In this document: positions 18,662-30,122 of the stretch, piece by piece
How positions within the stretch are numbered: position 1 is the stretch's first letter
How the letters are laid out: the number at the start of each line of letters is the position of its first letter
IMG/VR virus record: IMGVR_UViG_3300017650_000009
DNA from: a virus
Taxonomy: Duplodnaviria; Heunggongvirae; Uroviricota; Caudoviricetes
DNA length: 64,000 bases
Direction: 5' to 3' (one strand)
Made by a program: the position numbers and the translations under genes
Notes under the pieces: generated by a model
Databases searched by the model: none
Told to the model about the DNA's origin: nothing
Seen by the model: the letters and a program-made list of their open reading frames with translations, nothing else

Positions 18662-21600
18662 TTAGTTCTTATACCACAAAGCTTTAAGATTGGTGGGTTT
18701 TACATTCGATGCACCATTTGAAATTACATCTGCAACATCAGCATTTGTTAATTTGGTATTCCAAATTGCGATATCTGACATCTGCCCAACAAAGCCATTG
18801 ATTGTAGGCTCAGTGGTGTTTCGTTCTGCAAACATTGCGCCAATAGCCAACATACTAGAAGCAGCGATTGGCTTCGTAACTACAGTATCAAATATTTTTG
18901 TGGTTCCTTTATAAACGGTTAACGAACCAGCAGCGTATGCATAGGTTATATTAAACCATGTATCATCAATCTCACTCGTTGTTCCACCAATAATATATTG
19001 ATTATCTCCACTAACTGTGATTTCACCATCATTGGTGACACGTAAGAAATGAGCATTTGCATTTTCAGTTTCACCAACATGCAAAGCTACTAAACCCGCT
19101 TGACCTGTTTTACCTGCAGTTCCATTGTAGAAATTATCTGCACGATATGGTGTTCTCAATTTAGATGCAATATTCATTGGAATTGGTAGGTTATTAGTAA
19201 CAATTTTATATGTATCCAAAATAACGGTTGAATCAATAACATTAGTTGCGCTAGTTGATGCGCCCGATGCAATAGAAACAACTGATGAGCCATTTTTTGT
19301 TATAATAGTAGAGGCATTCGCATTTGCCCCTGCTACTGTTACTGCAATAACATCACCCGAAATTACTGGTATCTTACCTCTTGCGAATCCACCCGATATA
19401 TTAGCAGTGTTCGAACCTGATCCCCATGCACTAAAATATACCCAATTCACACCTGCAGGAACTGTAATATTTCCTGTTGTAGTATAAACTGTTGGTTCAA
19501 AAAAGTTTTCACGGTTCATATTATTGATTGAGAAAATAGTTCCCATATTTTGCATACGATCAACAATGTCGGATTTAACCCATGCATTAAATGTGAATGA
19601 GTCAGTAATATCGTCAATTACTGATGAACCATCCAAATAGCCATCAATGCTGACAACATTAGTTCGTTCAGGAGAAACTGTCTTCATATCATAAACAAAT
19701 ACACGTCCATATTCAGAAACGCCAGCAGTAGTGCTTGTTAGGTTCGTTGGCGCACCAACTACAACGACATCATCGTAACCTGCAATCGCAGACCCAAGCG
19801 CTTGGTTACGTTGAACTTCGGAATATGGAGCAGTCAATGAACGGGCTAGTGTAAACGCACCATCAAGTGGAAGGTCGTTATTTGCTTCATCCATCACAAC
19901 GCTTGCCAATGTAGTAGGATTCAATTCAGCAACAGCCTGGAAAGCAGGATCACTAAACACAACAGACGGTGTCATAGTATATCCTGAACCTCCATTAGTT
20001 AGAACTAATGTCGCACCAGCACCTGATGAAATAACAGCCGTTGCTGTTGCCGTACGAATAGGATTTCCACCAGCAAAACTAATAGTTGTATTTGAATCAA
20101 CATCTGTACCACCATTGATTACTTCAACAGATTCAACAGTTGTAGGGGCAAGCAAGATAGTAGCTGTTGCTGTACCATCGATATTGATTATAGGCAAAGT
20201 TCTATAACCCTGACCTGCATTTATAATCGAAACCTTGGTAACAATTGCATCAATATCAACATTTATATCGGAAATAGTCAAAGTTCCATAGTTGTCATCG
20301 GACGTTACTGAATCAGTAACACTACCGTAATTTTCATTTTCAGTTGTAGAATCAGTGATATTTCCATAATCCAATTCAGGAACAATAGGTGTTGCTATTA
20401 CATCATCAAAAGAACTAATCGTTGTAAATTCACCAGCATCTATAATAATAAAGCCATCAATGTTTCCGCTAACGTCAACACTGGAAACTTCTATTATTGC
20501 ATTACGAATATCGAATTCAATTTCATATTGCTCACCAATTACACCCAAAACAGTTGATTTTACACGAACTGTTTCCAAGCTCATACTCGCTTTAGCTGTT
20601 GCAGTTGTTCCGCTTTGTGGTGCAGAAATAGTTACACTTGGAATTGAACGATACCCCGTACCTGAATTATCAACATTAATTGTTCCAATACCAGTTGCTG
20701 CCAATATTGCAAGAAGAGACACATTATTTCCAGAAGATGCCGAAACTGTAGGCACACTAGTATAACCTGAGCCTGCATCATCAATATCAACTGAAACAAT
20801 TGACTGTTCTTGAATTATATATTCAGCAGTTGCACCTGATCCAGTGGTATCTTTAGGATGATTAATGATTGATACCGTAGGTTGACCGATTCCTGCATTT
20901 GTGAGGTTTAGTTTTCTAACACTTGTTGGAGCCAACAAAGCATGTGCTTCAAAACCATCAAGTGTAAATTCAACATCCGGGTTGCCCAGATAGCCCGCAC
21001 CAGATGTCAATACTGAAACACCATCAAACAAACCATTTTGGGTTTTAATACCAACCGTTGCAGGAACTGATGGATTACCTCCGACTAATCCCACTTGAAG
21101 ACCATCGAGACCTTCTAGCTTGAACATATGGGCTATACCGTAGTTTGCCCAGTTCAAATTACCATACTCATCACTACTATAAGCCTGCACCCCAACTGCT
21201 AGGATACCATTATCAAAATCAAAAGTAGTACCAAATGCGGCGTTTGTAGTTCTATTAGGTGCTAATATCTTCTGTTTGAACGTCATATTGTCAGTGTCAC
21301 GCTTGAACAAATAAATTGCACCAGCACCGGTTACCGAAACATTGTCAGTATCAAAACCATGTTTAGGCGCACCAACTAAAAGAATTCCGTTCTTTGCTAC
21401 AATTGTCGTACCAAAACCACTAGTGACATTTGGGTTTGAACCACCCGGAACAATCTTATCGAATGTATACCACATACCATCGGCTTTACGCTCAAACTCA
21501 TATACTGCACCTGCAACGGAATGATTTGGTGAACCGACAAATAATCTTGATGTTGATTCATCGTAACTTATACCAGTTCCAAATGCATCATTTGAATTGT

Positions 21601-24600
21601 GATTCCCAGTACCAGTAGGGGTTAACTTCTGTTTGAATACGGTACCTGTTTCTATAACATCAAATACATAAACAGCACCTGCATTTAAACCAACATCTCT
21701 GTTCAAATTATCAAAGCGAGATGTTGGGGACGTAACAAACAAAGTACCAGAGTTGGTGAATATATAATTAGTACCGAATGCATCATTAACCTTTGTAGGA
21801 CGTTGTGCGCTAACGCGATCAACATATGCCCATGTACCATTAATTTTATGGAAAATAGCGGCCGTGTTACCACCATTCACCGTTGATGTATTTCCTGGAG
21901 CACCAGCAACTGCAATGTCGCCATTTATTGCAACAGAATAGCCAAGATTTCTAGCAGTAACATTGCTATATGTATCACCATATGTAAAAATTTGATTCCA
22001 AGCTGAACCATCATTTTCGAAGATATAAACACGCCCGTATTCTGCTGAACCAGTAGTTGAAGGAGTTCTAGGCGCTCCCACAATAAGTGTCGAACCATCA
22101 AAATCCAAACTGGAGCCAAATGCGCCAATGTTACTAGTCAAGTTCAAATTTGTATTATTCGAGTTAATTATAGTTTCGAATACAAATTTGGTTCCATTCC
22201 ACTTATACGTGATTACTTGGCCTTTGTTGGCAGTACCATCAACTGTGAGTCCTGGTACGCCAACAAAAAGAGTATCACCACGAAGTAATACGCTTGCTCC
22301 ATAATACGCATTTTCACTGCGGGTACCTACATTATCGACTGTAATATCAAGTGTCTGAACAAGGGTCCAAGCTGTTGTTTCATTTGACCAAATACTAACA
22401 GTACCAGCATTTGGTATATATGCCGTGCCGTTCGTGTTATATGGACTTGATGGTGCACCAACAGCAATTAGATTACCTGATGCAGATGTGGATGCACCAT
22501 ATCGTGCGCCCGAAATTAACAAGTCAGTAGATGCATCCAGTATTTGAGTTTGAACAAAGTTTGATGAATTATCAGGGCGTGTTAGAACATAAACAACACC
22601 AGCAATAGCGGACGAACTACCAATATCAACACCAGAAGAATCGTGACGTGTGCCAGATGCACCAATCATAATATCATTTCCTGCACATGATACCGACGAG
22701 CCAAAGTTGGCATTTGTTGTTCTAGTAACAGGAATTGTATTATTGCCGTTTGTTGATCCTGCCACAAACGATTGGATATTATTCCATTGTCCAGGAGCTA
22801 TTTGCTTAAAGTAATAAGCAACACCTGCACCAATAACCGCATTACCTGCGGCGTCGTTTGAATGCGAAGGAGCACCAACAAGAACTTCATTACTACCATT
22901 AATAGCAACAGATTTACCAAATTTTGCACCAGCAATTAGTGGAATATTTGTTGGTAATAATTGAGTCTCAAATACCCAAGGATATTTTTTACCAGGAGTT
23001 GAATCAAATTTATAAACATAAGCTGATCCCCCAATGACGTCACCACTGGTTCCGCCTTCTGCGCCAATAACAAGTGTATCATCGGACAAAGCAATGGAAC
23101 TACCAAAATTTGCATTAGTGGTACGATTAGAAGCTACGATTTTTTGTTCAATAAGCCATTTCGATGTGGCTGAATTCCAAATCCAAACATAGACAGCACC
23201 TGCGTTGTCAAGATAGAAATTACCTTCAGCATCGTTTGAATGATTGACAGAAGCTACTGCAATTCGCATACCATCGGGGGAACGCGCTAGAATATCACCA
23301 GTACGGTCATTGTCTCCTAATTCATCACTCCAGCTGGCTAGCTTTTGCTGCTCAACCCAATTTCCTTCGATGTTTTCAAACACCCATGCAGCACCTGCAT
23401 TAGGTTTGTTTTGAGATGCACTTATACTTTCATTCTGGTCAAAACTGTGATTAGGCGCACCGATAACCATAAGATTATCATTAATATCAACACTTGTTCC
23501 GAATTTATCAGTTGATGACATGTTCGGAGATGCAGGGGAAATTATTTTAACAAATTCCCATCCTTCTGTACCCTTAGTGTACGCAATAGCTCCACCACCC
23601 AGAGGAAGTTCCGATGGATTAGTTGGATCATCGGTGAACCAAATTGAACCTACTCCAGTATTTTTACCAGTAAAATTACCAGTAAGATCATTCCATCCAT
23701 TTGGAAAATTATCAAAAGTATGAAGCAAATAAGTATCATCATCGATATTATTATTTTTCACACGATTTGCAGGTATAGTCAAATCTTTAGCATTTCTAGA
23801 AATACGCATATACGAGCAGACTGTACTCATAGCAACATCAGATGTATTAGTTGGCGAGGTTAAGTTTACCGTTCTATTCAACACGTTACATGTTAAGTCA
23901 CTATTAAATACTCTGGAAGCCTTTACACCATCAAAATAAACCGAATATTCTGTTCCTTTCTTAACGATGCCAACATGTACTTGAGAATTATTAACAACGC
24001 CAGAGGTAATATTAGTAATAGTGGCACCAGAAGTAGCATTGGTAAATGTAACTTGTAAAGTAGTTGTTTGTGCTGGTCGGTACAAATTAAGTGCCATTCC
24101 ACCCAAAGCTGCAATTCTAGGCAACTCGAACATCAGTCTTCCAGTGGTAGAAGAATATACCCCTGTATCGACAATAAGCTCAATAGTCATATCACCGTCG
24201 ACATCAAATGGTATTGCTTGTGGGCGCACATTCAATGCAAGTGTGTTACGGTTAATGTTAATACTACCCGTTTTGGAAATTCCAGGTGCACCAACAATAA
24301 GAGTTTGTGCATCAGCAGTAAGAGCAGTATCAAAGCCAAATTGTGCATTTGGCTGAATCAGGTTTGTGGCCGGAGTCAAAACATTCTTACGAACCCAAAT
24401 TTCATTTTCTAGATTATACGTAACAACTGCACCAACTTTAAATGTGCTATCACCAAACCAAGTGCCATTAGCACCAACAACGAGAGTATCATTTTCAACA
24501 GTCAATGAATAGCCGAATTGGCTATCATTTTTACGAATAGTTGCAGGCGCTGTTAATTTTTGATTCATTTTAAGAATGCCATCAGTCCATTTCCAGACAT

Positions 24601-27600
24601 AGACCGCACCTGCACGAGTCATTTTGTTCGAATTATTAGAATCGTAAGATTGTCCTGGAGCACCAACAAATACATAATCATTATAATAGGCAACTTTGAA
24701 TCCAATCTGATCACCAGCAAATCGAACATCACCGAATGGAGCCAATCGTTGCAAGTCATCCCAATAACCATCTATTTTTTTATAAACAAAGACAATACCC
24801 GCACGAAGTTTACTTTCCTCGCCAAATTCGTCAAAGTTATGTGTAGGTGCACCTACTAGAATAAAATCGCCATCAACACTGATTGACGACCCAAAACTCG
24901 AATTAAGAGAATCGCCTTGATCTCCAAAAGGCAAGCGAAGAGAAGTTTGTTTCCATACAAGCCCATCATGTTCGAAAACACAAACTGCTCCAACATTATA
25001 ATTTGCAGTTGTTTCATCAGATTTGATTCGATTGTTCGGTGCAGAAACAGCAAGTGTTATACCATCGGTTGCAATAACAGAACCAAATTTCTGTGGTGTT
25101 GTTGTATCAAGACCAGAAGGGGTTAATTTAGCTTCAAAAGTCCAATCGTCATTTGATACTTCTTCAAACCATTCAAATATAACACAACCATCATTACCTA
25201 AGCCCGGCAAATATTGAGCTTCGAACGAAAGCTTCAAATGTTCGATAAGTCCCAGCTTATTCGTTTTTGTAAAACCTTCAACTTCAGGAGAAAGATAAGA
25301 TGAACCACCGCCACCAAATGCAAACAAGTTAGTAGCTGAAAGTGAGCTAATGCCGCCAGAAGCACCACCATACCATCCATCACCACCACCACCAATAGCA
25401 ATATTTCTAACAGAATGGAATGCACCATTACCACCATTTGGCCAACCACCCTGTGTAGTGGTAAATCCCGATTCAGTAATATTAACCGATCCGCCTTGTT
25501 TGTGACTTCCGGCAACTCCTACATATCCACCTGCAGGTGGAGTTGCAAAATAACGAATGTTACCACCGGTGGTTTGGCTGCCGCCCAATCCCGGATATGT
25601 ACGGTTATCTCCACTAAATGCATTTTCACCTAGAAGGCCACCACCAGAGCCAGCAATGCCATATGAATTGGAGTTAGTATGAGCGCCAGCGCCACCGCCT
25701 GCAACTATAAGTGTCGTCGTTGAACGAAGAATTTCAGAACGACCACCGCCTGCTGCATGTGCTGTTGGCATTTTACCAACAATAACAGTGAGCGTTTCAC
25801 CAGGAGTTACGTCGAATTTTGCTTGAACAAAACCACCAGACCCACCAATACTTGTGGATGATTGTGCACCACCTGCCGCGCCCCATACGTATGCATTCAA
25901 AGATGTAATATTTTCTGGAACGATAAATGATTGATTTGCACCAATACCACTGAATATCTGTGTCTTTCTAACACGTGATTTTGTACGCTGTTCAGGGGTC
26001 TGTGCACTTTTACGATAGGCATATACTGCACCAGTAACTTCATTATTCTCGTTAAGAGCATCTGGTGCGCCAACGAACATAATATCTTCTTTAACTGATA
26101 TTGATGTACCAAAGGCCATGTTTTCGACACGGTCAGGAGCTGCGATTTTCTGACTAAATGCCCATGTACCATTAATATATTTGAATACAAAAACTGCGCC
26201 TGAATTTAGAATAGAACGTTTTACATTGTTGCCCCATTGATAACTAGGAGCACCGACTACAAGTGTATCACCATCCAGAGCAACCGACTGGCCATAACCA
26301 TCTGTGGCCAAGCGATCAGCACCACCACGAGCCAATTTATGCTGATATACCCAAGTGTCACCTTCATATGTGAACACCCATGCTGCGCCACCACCAATAA
26401 TTTGATTTGATGTATCTCCAGGGAAACTGTTTTGATCAGCATTGCCTCCGACAATTACAATATTATCTTTAATTGTGATGGATTTACCAAAATTGATATT
26501 TTGTCTGCGATCATTGGGAACCAAAGTAGTTTCATATGACCAACCATCCGGAAGGGTACGATATATATCAACTGCGCCACAATTAGTAAATGAGTTCTGA
26601 CCAGAAGCATCCAAGCGCAATGATGGTGAACCAACCGCAAGAATCAAGTGAGAAAGAGACAACGTTTTACCATATTCAACATTGAATCCAACACCGTCAG
26701 GCGAACGTGGCATAAAAGTACGATCGGCAACAAAACGACCATTATCGAAACGGTACAAATACACCTTACCAATATTGAAAGTGGTTATTGTTCCGGAAAC
26801 ATCACGTTTATAATTTGGTGCTGCAATAGCAATATGTGTATTACTGATAGCAACAGTCGACCCAAAATTCATACCTGCATCGCGTGTTTCAAAAGCAACT
26901 AGCTTCTGAAGGAATACAAGATTTCCATCAACCCAATTATATACATATGCTGCACCTGCACCTTCAAGGAAATTAGATGCTTTGTCGTCCAAACTATTTG
27001 TTGGTGTACCAATAACAACATGAGAATCAGTGGTTGCAATCGAAGCACCAAACTGATCGCCACTATTACGGTCCTGAGGTGTACCAGCAATTTTATAATC
27101 AGGAACCCATGTGCTGCCCTGACCAATTTGTGTCTTACGCTGGAATACACAGGCAGAACCTGCACCATCTAAGCTATTCAAGCCGTTCGTGTCAAACTTA
27201 TCAAATGGTGTACTGACAACAGCCAGTGAATCACGAATATCAACGGAGAAACCAAAGTACGTATCGATATTACGTCCACCCAAATCATCTTGGGTCAACT
27301 TTGTCTTATACACCCATGAACCGTTTTCCAACTCATAAATGTGAGCTGCACCGGCATTTGAAACCAAAGGTGTTGCTGCGTTTGATTTGTTACGATCACT
27401 AGCAGGAGCACCAATGATCATACGATTATTGTTGACTTTTACGTCCCAACCAAAACGAGAATTATTCGTTCCACTTGTGTCAAGTGTTGCTTTGAATGTC
27501 CAAGTTGTTCCAATGCGTTCCCAAATATATGAACGACCAGCACCCCAGGTTGTAGAACCGGATTTCTTATCCTCACCCGGTGCACCTACAACGAGCGTAG

Positions 27601-29998
27601 ACATGTCTTCCGCAATGTTTCGGTTAACAACACTCAAGCTTACGGCAAAGCCGAAATAGTTGTTAGCACCACGTGTGGGCGCAACTAGAACACGGTTAAA
27701 TACCCATGCACCCTCGATGCTACGGTACAAATAAACAGCACCAGCGTTTGTGATTGCTCCGGAGAATGTCTCATCAAAGCGTCCACCAGGAACACCAACT
27801 GCCATCCAATTTCCATCACCACTAACCGAGTAACCCATATAATCATTAGGACTACGCTGGTTGTTTGGGCCAGCAAGCTTATCAATTTGAGTCCAAGTTG
27901 CTCCGGAAAGCGCATAAACAAATGCAGCACCAGCGCCCGCCTTGGGGTCTTGATCGCTACTGTTGAGCGAATGATTAGCAGCACCAACAACTAGAATGTT
28001 GTTCTGTAGGGCCAAAGATGAACCAAATTGGCTTTCTTTAATTTTCTGTCCCGCTGGGAGAATTACAGTTTCATTAGCGAAAGTACCAGCGTCATAAATC
28101 CATGACCAAGCAGAACCATGCTCTCCAGTAGAAGTGTCACTAAGTGTAATTGCAAATTTAGAATCGGCAGCAACAATGGTTGTATCAGTTACAGCAAGAG
28201 TTGTCAACTTGATTGGTGTCGAACCATTTGTTACTTGAACATGACCAGTGATAGCAAATTTGCCTGCCGTCAAATCACAATAATAGATACGGCCGACTGC
28301 CGAACCCGAAATGTTATCCGCATTAATGAACAAACGGTTTGCGCTCAAACGTACTAGGCGACCAAAATTTCCATTCGCAGTAACTTCAACGGGTGCAGGA
28401 ATTTTGTGAGAGAATGTAAGCTCAGTACCCAAGCGCTCCCAAACATAAACAGCACCAGAATTTGCGGTGTAGCGTGAGCCATCGAAGGATTGACCAGGAG
28501 CTCCAATTGCAACAAAGCGATCGTTATACGCGAATGAAGTTGCAAAGTGATCGTTTGCCGCGCGTTCATTAAAGAATGCGCGCAAAGAACGTTCATAGCC
28601 CCAGCCCAACGTATCCTTACGGTATACGTCGATGGAACCTGCTTCTGTGCCGACTGCATGATCCGTTAGCGGTGCACCGACGACAACTATATCATCTGCC
28701 GCACTTACGCTTTCACCCTTACGTCCCGCATATACTTTCGAGTTTGGATTGAAATCACCAGCAAGCTGACGTACTAGGGTCCAAGTTCCACCCTCGCGCA
28801 CGTATAGGTAACCCAATCCATGATTCGCAATTGGTGTTGCCTGCCAAGTATGTGGAGTTACGTTTGTATCAACTGAAGTAAACTCAGGCGCAATCTGCCC
28901 AGGTGCACCAACAACAATATTATTGCCGTACACACTGACCGAATGACCAAATTCAGCATTAACCAAATATGTTTGTTCAGGCGCAGTTTCATAATCTGCA
29001 TCCAATTCAATTACGGCAGGAGCAAATGTCTGGGTATTGTCCCATGTTCCAACATCATTACGCTCGAAAACATAAGCTAGACCATTGCCATTAGCGTTCT
29101 TTGCACCAACAACGATTGTTGTTTCGTGAATGCTAACGGATGAACCAAAGTTTGCATGAGCAAGACGATCAGGAGCAAAGATGATACCAGCATAAACCCA
29201 GTGATCAACTTGCCATGAATAGATGAATACCCCACCAGCATTAACTAGCTTATTTGTACCACCCACGCCATAAGAATAGTTTGGTGTACCAATAACCAAA
29301 GTATTACGATGTGCTGCAACTGAGTATCCAAAATGGTCATCACGATTGCGTTCGTTATTACCAGCAATGATCTTCGTACTGATCCAATCCCCATTGGAGT
29401 CACGCTCATAAGCCCAAATTGCACCAGCACCCGCAGCATCTTCGACGCCTTCAAGGTTTTTACCATGCAAAGGTGCACCAACATAAACAACATTTGGTTG
29501 TGCACTTACTTGATAACCATAATCATCATCGATTTCAACCTCTGAAGGACGAAGGGTTGCCTCAAGTGTGGCCGAACCACTCGAAACATTATAGATATAA
29601 GCAGCTCCGCCTGCCTTTGGTGATCCAACAACTAGTGTGGAGCCGTTCAAACTAACAGAGAAGCCAAACATACGGTCTTCACCGCGAGTTGCTACTGGAG
29701 CACTAATATCGTAAGCAAACTCCCAAGCATCAAGGGTTCTACGATAAACAAATACTCGACCAGCATCTAGTAGTTCATTCTGTCCATTATCATCGAATGC
29801 TTGTGAAGGTGCGCCAACGACAGCTAGATCACCACTGATACTTACAGCGTTACCAAATTTGTCACCACTATTGCGAGCTTCTTCGCCTTCACCAACGATA
29901 CGAGTAGGTTTAAAAAGTTCAGGGAATTTAAATTCGCCTCGGTAACCTACGCGCTGTTCGGACAAAACATTAATGAAATCGGATGCTTTAACGGCCAT
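18662..29998 (-). CDS. Giant (3778 aa) FG-GAP beta-propeller virion protein with Gly-rich, GSGY-repeat and LamG domains
   Basis: Dozens of FG-GAP blades; GSGY/GxGY repeats at about 19.9-21.1 kb; C-terminal LamG ('GQMSDIAIWNTKLT'). Confidence 0.85.
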   Translation of the reverse strand: MAVKASDFINVLSEQRVGYRGEFKFPELFKPTRIVGEGEEARNSGDKFGNAVSISGDLAVVGAPSQAFDDNGQNELLDAGRVFVYRRTLDAWEFAYDISAPVATRGEDRMFGFSVSLNGSTLVVGSPKAGGAAYIYNVSSGSATLEATLRPSEVEIDDDYGYQVSAQPNVVYVGAPLHGKNLEGVEDAAGAGAIWAYERDSNGDWISTKIIAGNNERNRDDHFGYSVAAHRNTLVIGTPNYSYGVGGTNKLVNAGGVFIYSWQVDHWVYAGIIFAPDRLAHANFGSSVSIHETTIVVGAKNANGNGLAYVFERNDVGTWDNTQTFAPAVIELDADYETAPEQTYLVNAEFGHSVSVYGNNIVVGAPGQIAPEFTSVDTNVTPHTWQATPIANHGLGYLYVREGGTWTLVRQLAGDFNPNSKVYAGRKGESVSAADDIVVVGAPLTDHAVGTEAGSIDVYRKDTLGWGYERSLRAFFNERAANDHFATSFAYNDRFVAIGAPGQSFDGSRYTANSGAVYVWERLGTELTFSHKIPAPVEVTANGNFGRLVRLSANRLFINADNISGSAVGRIYYCDLTAGKFAITGHVQVTNGSTPIKLTTLAVTDTTIVAADSKFAITLSDTSTGEHGSAWSWIYDAGTFANETVILPAGQKIKESQFGSSLALQNNILVVGAANHSLNSSDQDPKAGAGAAFVYALSGATWTQIDKLAGPNNQRSPNDYMGYSVSGDGNWMAVGVPGGRFDETFSGAITNAGAVYLYRSIEGAWVFNRVLVAPTRGANNYFGFAVSLSVVNRNIAEDMSTLVVGAPGEDKKSGSTTWGAGRSYIWERIGTTWTFKATLDTSGTNNSRFGWDVKVNNNRMIIGAPASDRNKSNAATPLVSNAGAAHIYELENGSWVYKTKLTQDDLGGRNIDTYFGFSVDIRDSLAVVSTPFDKFDTNGLNSLDGAGSACVFQRKTQIGQGSTWVPDYKIAGTPQDRNSGDQFGASIATTDSHVVIGTPTNSLDDKASNFLEGAGAAYVYNWVDGNLVFLQKLVAFETRDAGMNFGSTVAISNTHIAIAAPNYKRDVSGTITTFNIGKVYLYRFDNGRFVADRTFMPRSPDGVGFNVEYGKTLSLSHLILAVGSPSLRLDASGQNSFTNCGAVDIYRTLPDGWSYETTLVPNDRRQNINFGKSITIKDNIVIVGGNADQNSFPGDTSNQIIGGGAAWVFTYEGDTWVYQHKLARGGADRLATDGYGQSVALDGDTLVVGAPSYQWGNNVKRSILNSGAVFVFKYINGTWAFSQKIAAPDRVENMAFGTSISVKEDIMFVGAPDALNENNEVTGAVYAYRKSAQTPEQRTKSRVRKTQIFSGIGANQSFIVPENITSLNAYVWGAAGGAQSSTSIGGSGGFVQAKFDVTPGETLTVIVGKMPTAHAAGGGRSEILRSTTTLIVAGGGAGAHTNSNSYGIAGSGGGLLGENAFSGDNRTYPGLGGSQTTGGNIRYFATPPAGGYVGVAGSHKQGGSVNITESGFTTTQGGWPNGGNGAFHSVRNIAIGGGGDGWYGGASGGISSLSATNLFAFGGGGSSYLSPEVEGFTKTNKLGLIEHLKLSFEAQYLPGLGNDGCVIFEWFEEVSNDDWTFEAKLTPSGLDTTTPQKFGSVIATDGITLAVSAPNNRIKSDETTANYNVGAVCVFEHDGLVWKQTSLRLPFGDQGDSLNSSFGSSISVDGDFILVGAPTHNFDEFGEESKLRAGIVFVYKKIDGYWDDLQRLAPFGDVRFAGDQIGFKVAYYNDYVFVGAPGQSYDSNNSNKMTRAGAVYVWKWTDGILKMNQKLTAPATIRKNDSQFGYSLTVENDTLVVGANGTWFGDSTFKVGAVVTYNLENEIWVRKNVLTPATNLIQPNAQFGFDTALTADAQTLIVGAPGISKTGSININRNTLALNVRPQAIPFDVDGDMTIELIVDTGVYSSTTGRLMFELPRIAALGGMALNLYRPAQTTTLQVTFTNATSGATITNITSGVVNNSQVHVGIVKKGTEYSVYFDGVKASRVFNSDLTCNVLNRTVNLTSPTNTSDVAMSTVCSYMRISRNAKDLTIPANRVKNNNIDDDTYLLHTFDNFPNGWNDLTGNFTGKNTGVGSIWFTDDPTNPSELPLGGGAIAYTKGTEGWEFVKIISPASPNMSSTDKFGTSVDINDNLMVIGAPNHSFDQNESISASQNKPNAGAAWVFENIEGNWVEQQKLASWSDELGDNDRTGDILARSPDGMRIAVASVNHSNDAEGNFYLDNAGAVYVWIWNSATSKWLIEQKIVASNRTTNANFGSSIALSDDTLVIGAEGGTSGDVIGGSAYVYKFDSTPGKKYPWVFETQLLPTNIPLIAGAKFGKSVAINGSNEVLVGAPSHSNDAAGNAVIGAGVAYYFKQIAPGQWNNIQSFVAGSTNGNNTIPVTRTTNANFGSSVSCAGNDIMIGASGTRHDSSGVDIGSSSAIAGVVYVLTRPDNSSNFVQTQILDASTDLLISGARYGASTSASGNLIAVGAPSSPYNTNGTAYIPNAGTVSIWSNETTAWTLVQTLDITVDNVGTRSENAYYGASVLLRGDTLFVGVPGLTVDGTANKGQVITYKWNGTKFVFETIINSNNTNLNLTSNIGAFGSSLDFDGSTLIVGAPRTPSTTGSAEYGRVYIFENDGSAWNQIFTYGDTYSNVTARNLGYSVAINGDIAVAGAPGNTSTVNGGNTAAIFHKINGTWAYVDRVSAQRPTKVNDAFGTNYIFTNSGTLFVTSPTSRFDNLNRDVGLNAGAVYVFDVIETGTVFKQKLTPTGTGNHNSNDAFGTGISYDESTSRLFVGSPNHSVAGAVYEFERKADGMWYTFDKIVPGGSNPNVTSGFGTTIVAKNGILLVGAPKHGFDTDNVSVTGAGAIYLFKRDTDNMTFKQKILAPNRTTNAAFGTTFDFDNGILAVGVQAYSSDEYGNLNWANYGIAHMFKLEGLDGLQVGLVGGNPSVPATVGIKTQNGLFDGVSVLTSGAGYLGNPDVEFTLDGFEAHALLAPTSVRKLNLTNAGIGQPTVSIINHPKDTTGSGATAEYIIQEQSIVSVDIDDAGSGYTSVPTVSASSGNNVSLLAILAATGIGTINVDNSGTGYRSIPSVTISAPQSGTTATAKASMSLETVRVKSTVLGVIGEQYEIEFDIRNAIIEVSSVDVSGNIDGFIIIDAGEFTTISSFDDVIATPIVPELDYGNITDSTTENENYGSVTDSVTSDDNYGTLTISDINVDIDAIVTKVSIINAGQGYRTLPIINIDGTATATILLAPTTVESVEVINGGTDVDSNTTISFAGGNPIRTATATAVISSGAGATLVLTNGGSGYTMTPSVVFSDPAFQAVAELNPTTLASVVMDEANNDLPLDGAFTLARSLTAPYSEVQRNQALGSAIAGYDDVVVVGAPTNLTSTTAGVSEYGRVFVYDMKTVSPERTNVVSIDGYLDGSSVIDDITDSFTFNAWVKSDIVDRMQNMGTIFSINNMNRENFFEPTVYTTTGNITVPAGVNWVYFSAWGSGSNTANISGGFARGKIPVISGDVIAVTVAGANANASTIITKNGSSVVSIASGASTSATNVIDSTVILDTYKIVTNNLPIPMNIASKLRTPYRADNFYNGTAGKTGQAGLVALHVGETENANAHFLRVTNDGEITVSGDNQYIIGGTTSEIDDTWFNITYAYAAGSLTVYKGTTKIFDTVVTKPIAASSMLAIGAMFAERNTTEPTINGFVGQMSDIAIWNTKLTNADVADVISNGASNVKPTNLKALWYKN

Positions 29999-30036
29999 TT
30001 TATGGAGTCTCCATGGAGGAATTTCAGTATTACGTC

Positions 30037-30044
30037 TATTTATG
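30037..30044 (-). promoter_or_regulatory. Putative late promoter (CATAAATA) for the giant-protein operon
   Basis: TAAATA box ~40 nt upstream of the ATG. Confidence 0.55.
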
Positions 30045-30070
30045 TTAGGCCCGATAACACAGTTGTGGCA

Positions 30071-30098
30071 TTGACAACAATATTTTTCCTGTTATGAT
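30071..30098 (+). promoter_or_regulatory. Early promoter, divergent from the late promoter
   Basis: TTGACA-N16-TATGAT with TG extension. Confidence 0.75.
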
Positions 30099-30122
30099 AC
30101 AACTGAACAAGGCAAGGATTTT

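Noticed and set aside
9186-29655. Many short ORFs within the giant genes on other frames or strands
   Set aside because: Expected by-products of long biased coding sequence
30002-30018. Overlapping palindromes around the RBS of the 3778-aa gene (minus strand CTCCATGGAGACTCCAT)
   Set aside because: Loops of 1-2 nt are too short for stable RNA hairpins, and the element lies downstream of the late box, so it does not fit the gating model
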